Source of the DNA: Solirubrobacteraceae bacterium
GTDB lineage: Bacteria > Actinomycetota > Thermoleophilia > Solirubrobacterales > Solirubrobacteraceae
Length of the DNA: 64,000 nt
Direction: 5' to 3'
Assembly (NCBI GenBank): GCA_051985625.1
Contig: JBPYFQ010000167.1
Span: forward strand, 13,973 to 77,972
This document shows, piece by piece, positions 10,070-18,703 of the stretch. Made by a program: the position numbers and the translations under genes. The notes under the pieces were generated by a model, which made no database searches, was not told the DNA's origin, and worked only from the letters and a program-made list of their open reading frames with translations. Within the stretch, counting starts at the first letter, position 1, and each line of letters begins with the position of its first letter.

Positions 10070-10624
10070 ATGTTGCGGAGCAAGATCGGAGAGCTTCTCG
10101 GCCCGCAAAAGCACGACTACGTGCTGAATCACGTCGTTAACCGGGTTCCGCTCGTTGAGCCGCGCATGCGTCTGTACGCGGCTCTGGGCGTACGTCTAGC
10201 CGACTGGAAGACCACGACGATCATGCTCGGGACCCAGATTTTCCGACCGGGGCTGCTTGAGATCGATGCCCACACCATCATCGGGCCGCGCTGCTCACTC
10301 GACGCTCGAGGTGCAATCAGCGTGGGCAAGAACGTCAACATCAGCGGCGGCGCGATCTTCCAAACCGGCAAGCACAACGTCGACTCGCCGACGTTTGACG
10401 CGGACTTTCTCCCGATCGTGGTGGAGAACCGAGCATGGATCGCTCAGAACGCCTTTCTCCTACCCGGGGTGACGATTGGAGAAGGCGCAGTTGTCGCGGC
10501 TGGTTGCGTGGTCACCAAGGACGTGGCCCCGTACACGGTTGTTGGAGGCGCACCGGCGCGAAGGCTGCGCGACCGTCCGCGCGAGCTGACGTACGAGCTG
10601 ACGTATCGACGCAACTGGCTGTAG
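10070..10624 (+). CDS. Hexapeptide-repeat sugar O-acetyltransferase
   Basis: PIVVENRAWIAQNAFLLPGVTIGEGAVVAAGCVVTKDVAPYTVVGGAPAR. Confidence 0.9.
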   Translation: MLRSKIGELLGPQKHDYVLNHVVNRVPLVEPRMRLYAALGVRLADWKTTTIMLGTQIFRPGLLEIDAHTIIGPRCSLDARGAISVGKNVNISGGAIFQTGKHNVDSPTFDADFLPIVVENRAWIAQNAFLLPGVTIGEGAVVAAGCVVTKDVAPYTVVGGAPARRLRDRPRELTYELTYRRNWL

Positions 10625-10642
10625 CGCCCGGGTCGCACGCGC

Positions 10643-12187
10643 GTGGGAGACCGCACATCAGTGCCATCTGAACGACAGAAACGCGCTCGCGTGGCCGAGG
10701 CGGCCGCGCAGCCCATTGCCGAGCGGATCGACGCCCGGTCACCGCTTGCCGGCCACGCCGCGCGGGGCTTCGCCTCGATCGTCAGCGGCCGGTTGGTCAG
10801 TCAGGCGGCACAGTTCCTCGCCTCCATCGTGCTGGCCCGCCTGTTGCTGCCGAGCGCCTACGGACTCGTGGCGATCACCTACACGTTGACCGGGTTCGCG
10901 TCGCTGTTCAGCGATCTCGGTCTCGGCGCCGCCCTCGTGCAGTCGCCGCGAATCAGCGAACGGGATGCGTCCACCGCGTTCATGATCAATGCGCTGACCG
11001 GCGTCGCGATGACGCTCCTGGTCCTTCTGCTGCGGCATCCGCTGGCCAGCCTGCTCGGCCAGCCGCGGGTTGCACCCCTGCTCGCTCTCGCCAGCCTCTC
11101 GTTCACCCTCTCGTTCACCGTTGTTCCGTTCGCGATCCTCGAGCGTCAGATGAAGTTCGGCAGGGTAGCCGCCATCGATGTCGTCGCCTCGACGGTCGGG
11201 CTGGCGGTGAGCATCGGCTGCGCCGCCAGCGGCGTGGGCGCGGCGAGCCTCGTCATCGGGCCCCTGGCGACCGCGGCACTCTCATCGGTTGGCGGCCTTG
11301 CCTGTGCCAGATGGATCCCCAAGGCTTGGCCGCGTTGGTCGTCGGCGCGGTGGCTGATGGGCTTCAGCACTCATCTGACGGGCTTCAACGTCCTGGGGTA
11401 CTGGGCGCGCAACGCTGACAACCTGCTGCTGGGACGGTTCGCGGGGGCGACCGAGCTGGGGCTCTACAACCGCGCCTACATGCTCATGCTGATGCCCTTG
11501 AGCCAGGTCGGCGGCGTACTGGGGCGGGTCCTGCTCCCGCTGTTCTCCAACATGCAGGACGACCATCCCCGGCTGCGCCGGGCGATGATTCGCCTCGCCG
11601 GAACGACGTCGCTGATCGTCTTCCCAGTACTCCTCGGGATGGCCGCGACCGCCCACAACTTCGTGCTCGTCGCGTTCGGGCCCCACTGGCGGGGGGCGAT
11701 ACCGCTCATCGTGATCCTCTCCATCTCAGGCATGCCACAGGTGTTCGGCATCCTGTCCGCCCAGGTCTGTCAGGCTGTCGGACAGCCGCGGCTACTCTCG
11801 ACGTGGGGCGCGGCATGGAACCTCACCGCGCTGACCGCGATCGTGGCCGGGCTGCATTGGGGCGCCGAGGGGGTCGCCACAGCGCTGGCGATCCGCGGAT
11901 GGCTGTCTATCCCGCTCGAGATGATGCCCGCCCGCAAGACGATCGGGGTCGGGGCCTGGGACGTCGTCAGAGCGGGAGGGCGCCCGCTTGCCGCGGCGGT
12001 GACGATGGCGATCGTCGTCGCCACGCTCGGGGCCCTGTTGGACCAGGTCATGCCGATGGCCGTCAGTCTGGTGCTACAGGTGCTGCTAGGCGTCGGAATC
12101 TATATCGGCCTGGTGGCCTGGAGTGATCGCACCGCATTCGCCGACGTGCTCATCCTGGCGCGTCAGCGAAGGCTCCAACCCGATTAG
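10643..12187 (+). CDS. Wzx-type polysaccharide flippase (PST family)
   Basis: LARLLLPSAYG, DLGLGAALVQ, DNLLLGRF..LGLYNRAY, about 12-14 TM segments. Confidence 0.9.
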   Translation: MGDRTSVPSERQKRARVAEAAAQPIAERIDARSPLAGHAARGFASIVSGRLVSQAAQFLASIVLARLLLPSAYGLVAITYTLTGFASLFSDLGLGAALVQSPRISERDASTAFMINALTGVAMTLLVLLLRHPLASLLGQPRVAPLLALASLSFTLSFTVVPFAILERQMKFGRVAAIDVVASTVGLAVSIGCAASGVGAASLVIGPLATAALSSVGGLACARWIPKAWPRWSSARWLMGFSTHLTGFNVLGYWARNADNLLLGRFAGATELGLYNRAYMLMLMPLSQVGGVLGRVLLPLFSNMQDDHPRLRRAMIRLAGTTSLIVFPVLLGMAATAHNFVLVAFGPHWRGAIPLIVILSISGMPQVFGILSAQVCQAVGQPRLLSTWGAAWNLTALTAIVAGLHWGAEGVATALAIRGWLSIPLEMMPARKTIGVGAWDVVRAGGRPLAAAVTMAIVVATLGALLDQVMPMAVSLVLQVLLGVGIYIGLVAWSDRTAFADVLILARQRRLQPD

Positions 12188-13263
12188 GTTCGGTGCCCGC
12201 GTCGCGATCGGGTGCGCAGGCGCTGATACAGCGCGACCGTCGATGCGGCCACCGCGGACCAGGGGTACGTCTCGGCGGCCTGCAGCGCCGCATCGCGACG
12301 AGCGCGCCAGTCGCCCGTCCGCATCCGATCGAGCGCCGCGGTCAGCTCTCCGGGGCCGAACGTCTCCACCCCGGGCGGGCTCACGAGCTCGGTTGCAGTA
12401 CTGACGGCCGGGGCGACGACAGGCAGACCGTATGACAGCGCCAGCAGGAGCGCCCCGCTGGAGAAGACGTCGCGGTACGCAAAGATCGCCGCGTCGGCCC
12501 GACGGTGCAACGCGCTCACCTCATCGTCCGGGATGTGGCGCGCGTCGATGACCACCCGCCCGTCGTCCCCCGCGGCCTCCCGGATGCGCTCCAGTTCAGC
12601 CTCGACGACCGGTTTCCCCGCGATGACGAGACGCACCGCGTCCGTTGGAAGAGCTCGGAACGCGCGGACGAGCTCTGGCAGCTGCTTGTAGGGGCGGATC
12701 TGGCCGAAACAGAGAAACTCGAACGGCGCGCCGCTGGAGCTGCGGGGATCCGCGACACCGTAGTGAGCGAACGCGTCCGTGTAGTTGCCGTGTGGAATGA
12801 CCGAGATCTTCCCGGTCGCCGGATACACGCGGGAGAGGCGCTCCCGGGCGTACGCCGAATGGGTGATCACCCCGTGGCTGAGGAGCATCGTGGTGGCGGC
12901 CAGGGCGTGCTCGATGATCGGCTGCCGGGGCTCGTGCGGCCGGAGATTGTGGACCGTCCATACGACCGAGATTCCCCTGCGCCGTAGTCTGGCGAGATCG
13001 CGCAGAAAGCGACCGGCGCGGACAGCGCTGCGGATGAAGCCCGACCGGGGCGTCGGATCGAGCGTGACGATGTACTCCAGCCAGTGCAGGTGGACGACCT
13101 CCAGGCCGGCGTCGTTCCGCAGGCACTGCGCCAGCGTGAGATCCGTCACGACCTCGACGCCGTCAGCGCGCATGGCGTCACGGAGCAGGCCGATGTAGCT
13201 CGCCCGATCGCTGTCGTACCCGGGTGGGAGGTGTGCGACTTTCAAACCGGCCTCGGAGTCCAA
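12184..13263 (-). CDS. Glycosyltransferase family 4 (GT-B)
   Basis: VVHLHW, WTVHNLRPHE, VIPHGNY, FGQIRPYK, SSGALLLALSYGLPVV. Confidence 0.9.
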   Translation of the reverse strand: MDSEAGLKVAHLPPGYDSDRASYIGLLRDAMRADGVEVVTDLTLAQCLRNDAGLEVVHLHWLEYIVTLDPTPRSGFIRSAVRAGRFLRDLARLRRRGISVVWTVHNLRPHEPRQPIIEHALAATTMLLSHGVITHSAYARERLSRVYPATGKISVIPHGNYTDAFAHYGVADPRSSSGAPFEFLCFGQIRPYKQLPELVRAFRALPTDAVRLVIAGKPVVEAELERIREAAGDDGRVVIDARHIPDDEVSALHRRADAAIFAYRDVFSSGALLLALSYGLPVVAPAVSTATELVSPPGVETFGPGELTAALDRMRTGDWRARRDAALQAAETYPWSAVAASTVALYQRLRTRSRRGHRT

Positions 13264-13387
13264 ACTGGTCGGGGGCTCACTTCAACATTCGGCCCGTCTG
13301 CTCATCCCCACGGAGCGGCGCGCAGCCGGCCGGGACGATGCTAGCCCACGCGGCCCAGCGGGATCGGAGGGACGTCAGCCCGCTGAG

Positions 13388-13484
13388 CGCCGGTGGGCGA
13401 TCGCACTCGTGTCGGCCGTCCGTCGTCTAAGGTGAACCTGCGTCATGTCAGCGGGAGATCTGCACGCATGACCTCCCAGCGGTT
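13388..13484 (+). repeat. 97-bp direct repeat, copy 2 (nucleotidyltransferase C-terminal relic RRWAIALVSAVRRLR*, spacer, true ABC ATPase start)
   Basis: Matches 6971-7067. Confidence 0.9.
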
Positions 13485-14193
13485 GCCGGTGCCAACGGAT
13501 GAACCGGTTTCGACACTGCCGCTGGACGAGGTCCCGATCATGTCTTTCGCCGGTATTCGGCGGTCCTGGGGCCGCGGCCGCCGGCGGCGATTGGTGCTGC
13601 GCGACGTCGATCTGCACCTGACACCCGGTACGGCCGTGCGCGTGGAGGGAGCCAACGGCGCGGGCAAGACGACACTCCTGCGCATCGGCGCGGGCATCCT
13701 GCGACCGGACGCCGGGACCGTCCACCTGGACGGGTTGCCCGGCGAGGGCAACTGGCGCGAGTACCACCGGCGGGTGGGCTTCCTGTCCGCCGGCGACCGC
13801 GGACTGTACGCTCGCTTCAGCGTCCGCGGCCATCTCGCCTATGCGACGCGGATCGCGTTCATGGCCCGGTCCGACCGCAAGCAGGCCGTGCAGGAGGCCC
13901 TCGTCCGGTTCGACCTTCAGGACCTGGCCAAACGGCGCGCCGACCGCCTGTCCCAGGGACAGCGACAACGGCTGCGGCTGGCCTTGACGGTCGTCCACCG
14001 TCCCCGGGTCCTGCTGCTCGACGAGCCGCGCAACAGCCTCGACCTGCCGGGCCAGGCGATGCTGGCCGATGCCGTCACCGCCGTGCTCGCCGCTGGCGGC
14101 GCCGTGCTGTGGTGCTCGCCTGAGGGCGAGGAGCAGCCGATTCGGTTCGACGCCGAATACGCCATTCGGGACGGGGCGCTGGAGCCGGCCTGA
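13468..14193 (+). CDS. ABC transporter ATP-binding protein
   Basis: Walker A GANGAGKTT, signature LSQGQRQR, Walker B LLLDEP. GGGAG lies upstream of ATG 13468. Confidence 0.9.
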   Translation: MTSQRLPVPTDEPVSTLPLDEVPIMSFAGIRRSWGRGRRRRLVLRDVDLHLTPGTAVRVEGANGAGKTTLLRIGAGILRPDAGTVHLDGLPGEGNWREYHRRVGFLSAGDRGLYARFSVRGHLAYATRIAFMARSDRKQAVQEALVRFDLQDLAKRRADRLSQGQRQRLRLALTVVHRPRVLLLDEPRNSLDLPGQAMLADAVTAVLAAGGAVLWCSPEGEEQPIRFDAEYAIRDGALEPA

Positions 14194-14194
14194 C

Positions 14195-15001
14195 ATGGCC
14201 TTCACCCGACAGTACCTGGGGGCGGTGGGGGCGACCATGCGCCGCGACGCCGCCATCTTCGTCACCTACCGCCTGCGCGTCGTGGGCCAGGCGGCCGGAA
14301 TGCTGCTGACCATGGCCACCTTCTACTACGTGGCCAAGCTCATCAAGCCAGGCGCGGTGGGAGCCCGGGATCAGTACTTCGCGTTCGCCATGCTCGGCAT
14401 CCTCGTCACCTCCATCCTCACCTCGGCGCTGACGACGGCGCAGGTCGTGCGGATGGAGTTGATGGCCGGCAACTTCGAGCGGGTGCTCGTCTCGCCGATG
14501 GGCCCGATCTGGGGCGTCGTGGCCATCGCCGCGTTCCCGGTCACCTACGCCATCGTGTTCGCCTGCGCCATGCTGGGGGTCGCCTCCGCCGTGTTCGGCA
14601 TCCCGATCCATGTCGGCGGACTGCTCCCCGGGCTCGGCGTGGCGCTGCTGGGTGCGGCGTCGCTGGCAGCGATCGGCCTGCTGTTTGTGGCCGGCCTGCT
14701 CGCCTTCAAGTCGTCCATGGGCGCGACGTGGGTCATCGCCGGCCTCAGCCTGCTCGGCGGCGCGTACTTCCCGGTGCGCCTGTTTCCCGGCTGGATCGCC
14801 TGGGCCTCGGAGGTGCAGCCGTTCACTCCCACGGTGGACCTGCTACGCCATCTGCTGGTGGGAACGCCGACCCGGCAGCCGGTGTGGCTGGAGCTGGTCA
14901 AGCTGGCCGGGTTCACCGCGGCGCTGGCGCCGATTGCGCTGGCGGCGCTGGCGCTGGCGGTCCGCGTCAGCCGCCGGCGCGGCACGATCCTGGAGTACTG
15001 A
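14195..15001 (+). CDS. ABC-2 type exporter permease
   Basis: About 6 TM segments, E..AGNFERVLVSP, GGAYFPVRLFPGW. Begins 1 nt after the ATPase stop. Confidence 0.85.
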   Translation: MAFTRQYLGAVGATMRRDAAIFVTYRLRVVGQAAGMLLTMATFYYVAKLIKPGAVGARDQYFAFAMLGILVTSILTSALTTAQVVRMELMAGNFERVLVSPMGPIWGVVAIAAFPVTYAIVFACAMLGVASAVFGIPIHVGGLLPGLGVALLGAASLAAIGLLFVAGLLAFKSSMGATWVIAGLSLLGGAYFPVRLFPGWIAWASEVQPFTPTVDLLRHLLVGTPTRQPVWLELVKLAGFTAALAPIALAALALAVRVSRRRGTILEY

Positions 15002-15049
15002 CCCCCTCCCGCCGTCGGCCGCACGAGCCGCGGCGGGGCACCGCAGCGG

Positions 15050-15505
15050 CTACAGCTCGACGAGCCGGGAGTCGTCGAAGCCCTCAGGTGAGAGGACTGG
15101 GCGTCCGGCGTACTCGACCCAGGCGTGGGCCTCGAACGCCGGCTTGGAATGCGCGCCGATGACCAGCGTGCTGGGGATGCCCCGGCTGGACAGCAGGTCG
15201 GACAGGACGAGCGCCTGGACCAGGCAGCGCGAGTCGGTTGGCAGCACCCGGAGCGTCTTCGTCACGGCGTACCCGAGCCGGGCGGCGACGAGTTCGTGGT
15301 CGGCCCCGGCCTGCGGCTGCCCGGACGTGGCCAGGCGGGCGCGGGCGCTCGACACGACGTCGCGGATATCGCCGCGGGACATCCGCCACCGGGAGGTCGC
15401 GTAGCTGGCCAGGATCTCGGCGATAAGCGCCGCCTTGAGCGGCCGGGGCATGCCGCCGGCCGGGATCGGCCGCGCTGCGTTTCGTCTGGCCAGTGCTCCG
15501 GTCAC
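15050..15505 (-). CDS. Lasso peptide leader peptidase B2 (transglutaminase-like)
   Basis: SRCLVQAL (catalytic Cys) ... LVIG ... FEAHAWVE (His). GTG 15505 is preceded by TACCCT. Confidence 0.9.
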   Translation of the reverse strand: MTGALARRNAARPIPAGGMPRPLKAALIAEILASYATSRWRMSRGDIRDVVSSARARLATSGQPQAGADHELVAARLGYAVTKTLRVLPTDSRCLVQALVLSDLLSSRGIPSTLVIGAHSKPAFEAHAWVEYAGRPVLSPEGFDDSRLVEL

Positions 15506-15526
15506 GTCCGCACAGGGTAGTCGGCA

Positions 15527-15569
15527 CAAAAACGCCACGAGCCACGGCGGCAGGCCGTGGCTCGTGGCG
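15527..15569 (-). terminator. Intrinsic terminator after the lasso precursor gene
   Basis: Perfect 16-bp stem (15533-15548 CGCCACGAGCCACGGC / 15554-15569), 5-nt loop, followed by TTTTTG on the minus strand. Confidence 0.85.
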
Positions 15570-15603
15570 AAAACTGCTCGCAGCTACAGGCTGCGGTGCG
15601 TCC

Positions 15604-15765
15604 TCAGGAGGGGTACGCCGTGTCCGGCTGGCCGAACGGGACGTCCGAGTGCAGCAGGTTCCCGGCCGCCGCGGTGAGGTCGACGAGCGTCCCGTAGTCG
15701 CTCAGCTTCGGCGACTCGTAACGGGCGGTCTCCTCCTGAGGAGTGTCGTGCTGGGGGGTCTCCAT
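15604..15765 (-). CDS. Lasso peptide precursor (53 aa; predicted core AAGNLLHSDVPFGQPDTAYPS)
   Basis: Strong AAAGGAG RBS, leader motif YESPKLSDYG-TLVDLT (YxxPxL...G...T at -2), Asp at core position 9, located between cyclase and B2. Confidence 0.9.
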   Translation of the reverse strand: METPQHDTPQEETARYESPKLSDYGTLVDLTAAAGNLLHSDVPFGQPDTAYPS

Positions 15766-15841
15766 GCGATCTCCTTTTCGTGGTTTGCGTATGTCAGGCA
15801 GGTTAGGCGCCGGCACCGAGATAACCAGTCCAGAATTGGTC

Positions 15842-15881
15842 CAGGTACAGAAAAGGTGCAGGTGCAGAAAAGGTGCAGGTG
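15842..15881. repeat. 17-bp tandem direct repeat (CAGGTRCAGAAAAGGTG, about 2.3 copies) upstream of the precursor
   Basis: Copies at 15842-15858, 15859-15875 and a partial copy at 15876-15881. Confidence 0.75.
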
Positions 15882-15887
15882 GCGGGG

Positions 15888-17756
15888 TCACACAGTGACC
15901 GCGGCGTCACTGACTGACACCTGCGCCACCGCCGGGTCCTCCGCCAATGCGTCGACCCACTCCGGGTCGGCCTGGAGGCGCAGCCACGTCTCCGCCGAGG
16001 CGAGATGCCACATGACGCCGAGCGGCGGCGCCTGGGCCGGTGGGCCCGCGCACAGAACCGCCCAGTTGCGGCGCACCCATTCCAGATCCACGTAGGCGCC
16101 GATCAGCGCGTCCGGCGCGGTCAGCACCCGCTCCAGCCCGGGCGCGTCGGCGCCGGTCACCGCTCGTCGGCCGAACGGCGAGAAGTCGGCCTTCCGGCGT
16201 TGGAGCCGGACGGACTCGGGGAGCAGGCCGCGCATCGCCGCCCGGGCCAGCGGACGGTCGGTGGCGGGATCGAACTGCAGCTGGGGCGGGATGCTGAGGG
16301 CGTAGGCGATGAGATCGGGGTCGTACAGCGGCGAGGCGGCGGCGACACCGTTGGCGGCGGCCCGGTGGCGGAGGTACTCCAGGCGCGGCTCGCGGTGGGG
16401 CCCGTAGACCTGCAGGTCGGCGAGATGGCGCCACCACAACGGGCCCGTCCCGCGGTCCTTCCAGGCCCAGCGGTCCTCCAGTTCGGCCTCGTGGACGCGC
16501 AGGTGGGGGAGGAGCCAGGGGGCGCCGTCGCCCTGCCGCACGCGACGGTCGCGCACCCGCTGGCCGAGTTGGTGTGAGGCCGCCCCCTTGATCCCGAACT
16601 CGCGCAGAAGCCACAGCTTCTGGTGCAGCTTGTCCGGCGGACGACCGGGCCAGCGGCCGATGAGCGCCAGCGCCTCGGCCCACCGCCCGCGACGGAGACG
16701 GTCGGCGATCACATACGGGGCGAACCCGAGGACCTCGTCGCCGGTCTGGCCGTCGAGCATGACGCTGACGCCGTCGGCGCCGGCCCGGGCGGCGGCGGCC
16801 AGATCGATGATCGAGCCCATTCCGGCCAACGGAACCCGCCAGTCCCGGAGGTACCGCAGCGCCTGCCAGAGCGTGCCCTGGGGAGCGATCTCGAACGTCC
16901 GCCCGTCGATGCCGAGCGCGCCGGTGAGCGCGCGGATCTTGTCGCCCTCGTCGTACGGGGCCCCGGGAAAGACGGCCGAGTACGTGTGCACGGTGCCCGG
17001 CGGGCGCTTGGCCGCGTGGGCGGCGGCGGTGATGATCGACGAGTCCAGGCCGCCGCTGAGGATGACCCCGTCGGTCCCCGGCGACAGCCGGCGCGCGGTG
17101 ACCCCGAGAATGGTCTCCCGGAGCCCGGCGACCACTGCGTCGCGGCCGTCGGCGCGAGTGCCGGCGTACCGGGGCTCCCAGTACGTCCGGGTCGTCGCCC
17201 GGCCGCCGCCGACGGCGACGCACTGCCCGGGACCGAGCCGGCCGATCCCCTTGTAGAGGGTGCGCCCCTCGGGGCAGGCGCCGCTGACCAGCCAGGCGGG
17301 GAAGGCGGCCGGATCCGGCGGCGGCTGGGCCGGCAGGAGAGGGAGGAGGTCGCGGATCTCGCCGGCGAACAGGAGCCCGCCGGGGACCGCATACGTGTAC
17401 AGCTGCCATGTGGCGAGCACGTCGGTGGCGAGCACGCCGGATCGCGCGTCGGCGTCCCAGATGATCGCGGCAAAGCGACCGCGCAGCGACGCCAGGGCGG
17501 CGACCCCGTGGCGCCGGTAGGCCGCGGCGACCAGATCGGCCGGGTTGTCACCGGCTGCGCCGGGCTCATACAGGGCGCCGTCGAGCACGCAGGTGAGCGC
17601 CCCATGCCGGGCCGTCGACAGCTCGGGACTGTCAGCGGACCCGGCCACCGCGGCCGGGTCTCCCGCCTGCCACCGCGTCTGCCCCGGCGGCAGACGATCG
17701 ACGGCGGGCAGGGCGGAGACAGGACCGCCGGCCAGGTTGACCGCGCCGCAGATCAC
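15888..17756 (-). CDS. Lasso peptide cyclase (asparagine synthetase-like, C protein)
   Basis: LSGGLDSS PP-loop, MLDGQTGDEVLG, SPLYDPDLI, R.AMRGLLPESVR. GTG 17756 overlaps the kinase stop. Confidence 0.9.
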   Translation of the reverse strand: MICGAVNLAGGPVSALPAVDRLPPGQTRWQAGDPAAVAGSADSPELSTARHGALTCVLDGALYEPGAAGDNPADLVAAAYRRHGVAALASLRGRFAAIIWDADARSGVLATDVLATWQLYTYAVPGGLLFAGEIRDLLPLLPAQPPPDPAAFPAWLVSGACPEGRTLYKGIGRLGPGQCVAVGGGRATTRTYWEPRYAGTRADGRDAVVAGLRETILGVTARRLSPGTDGVILSGGLDSSIITAAAHAAKRPPGTVHTYSAVFPGAPYDEGDKIRALTGALGIDGRTFEIAPQGTLWQALRYLRDWRVPLAGMGSIIDLAAAARAGADGVSVMLDGQTGDEVLGFAPYVIADRLRRGRWAEALALIGRWPGRPPDKLHQKLWLLREFGIKGAASHQLGQRVRDRRVRQGDGAPWLLPHLRVHEAELEDRWAWKDRGTGPLWWRHLADLQVYGPHREPRLEYLRHRAAANGVAAASPLYDPDLIAYALSIPPQLQFDPATDRPLARAAMRGLLPESVRLQRRKADFSPFGRRAVTGADAPGLERVLTAPDALIGAYVDLEWVRRNWAVLCAGPPAQAPPLGVMWHLASAETWLRLQADPEWVDALAEDPAVAQVSVSDAAVTV

Positions 17757-18703
17757 CTCAGGCCCCGCTCGCGCAGGTGCGCCTCGATGGCGTCGAGCGT
17801 CGCGTCGTCGAGGCCGCCCGTCGGCGTCTGGAGGCGGAACTGCTCGACGCGCTCGTCGACCAGCCGGCCGATCTCCAGGTGACGGAGCAGGCGCTCCGGG
17901 GTCGTCAGGTACGGGACGAAGGCCTGGCCGAGGATGACGCGCCGGATCTCGTCGTCGAGCGGGGCGATCGTGAACTCGTCGCCTCGCGCCAGGTAGTACA
18001 CGGCCCGGAGCGGCACGGCATCGCCGGGGACGTCGCGGGCCACGTGGAGCTTGTCGCTGGCGCCGACGGTCCGGCCGACCTGCTCGTCGCCGGCCATCCA
18101 CGCATCCTCCGGCCGGATGGCCATGAACGGCGGCCCGGGATGGGCGACGATCTCGCCGTCGCGCTCTCCCAGCGCCAGCACGTCGTCGGTCATGAACCGC
18201 GCGCCGCGGAGGACCAGGTGGGCGGTCAGCGTGGTCTTGCCGCTGCCTGAGACGCCGAGAAAGGCGGCCGCCCCGGTGGGCCCGCAGACCGTCCCGGCGT
18301 GCAGGACCTCATGGCCGCGGAGCACCGCGGCCACCGGAAGGGCCTGGGCGAACACGAACCGCTCCTGGACCTCGCGGGGGGCCGAGCCGTCCTCGCAGCC
18401 GATCCACGTTCCATCGGACGCGATCAGGTAGCGCCCGTAGTCCTCCAGCCACAGCTGGTAGCGCTCCGGGCCGCGGTCGACGGTGAACCGGGTCCGGCCA
18501 TCCGAGAACTCCGGCTCGAAGATGCGCTCGACTGCTCCGTCCCAGCGGGCGGTGAACTCGTCGGCGGCCAGCAGGCCGATTCGGGTGGTTGCCCCGGCCG
18601 GAGGGGTTGCCGCGTCCGCCGGCAGCGCGCCGGTGAGCGCCCAGTCGCACTCGACGTCGAGCCCGTAGGCGCGCAGCGCGAACGGATCGGCCACCCGGTT
18701 CAC
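17753..18703 (-). CDS. HPr-kinase-like peptide kinase 1
   Basis: VLHAG, Walker A GVSGSGKTT, FMTDDVL. Confidence 0.8.
   Translation of the reverse strand: MNRVADPFALRAYGLDVECDWALTGALPADAATPPAGATTRIGLLAADEFTARWDGAVERIFEPEFSDGRTRFTVDRGPERYQLWLEDYGRYLIASDGTWIGCEDGSAPREVQERFVFAQALPVAAVLRGHEVLHAGTVCGPTGAAAFLGVSGSGKTTLTAHLVLRGARFMTDDVLALGERDGEIVAHPGPPFMAIRPEDAWMAGDEQVGRTVGASDKLHVARDVPGDAVPLRAVYYLARGDEFTIAPLDDEIRRVILGQAFVPYLTTPERLLRHLEIGRLVDERVEQFRLQTPTGGLDDATLDAIEAHLRERGLR

Noticed and set aside
7068-13387. Transposon or integrative element
   Set aside because: No transposase, integrase or terminal inverted repeats were seen; only the long direct repeats, reported as a cassette.
15604-15891. 95-aa precursor ORF
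   Set aside because: The RBS and leader motif point to ATG 15765 (53 aa); the extension spans the repeat-containing intergenic region.
15888-18101. 737-aa cyclase as called in the ORF track
   Set aside because: The first 115 codons are an alternate frame of the kinase gene; the real start is the coupled GTG at 17756.
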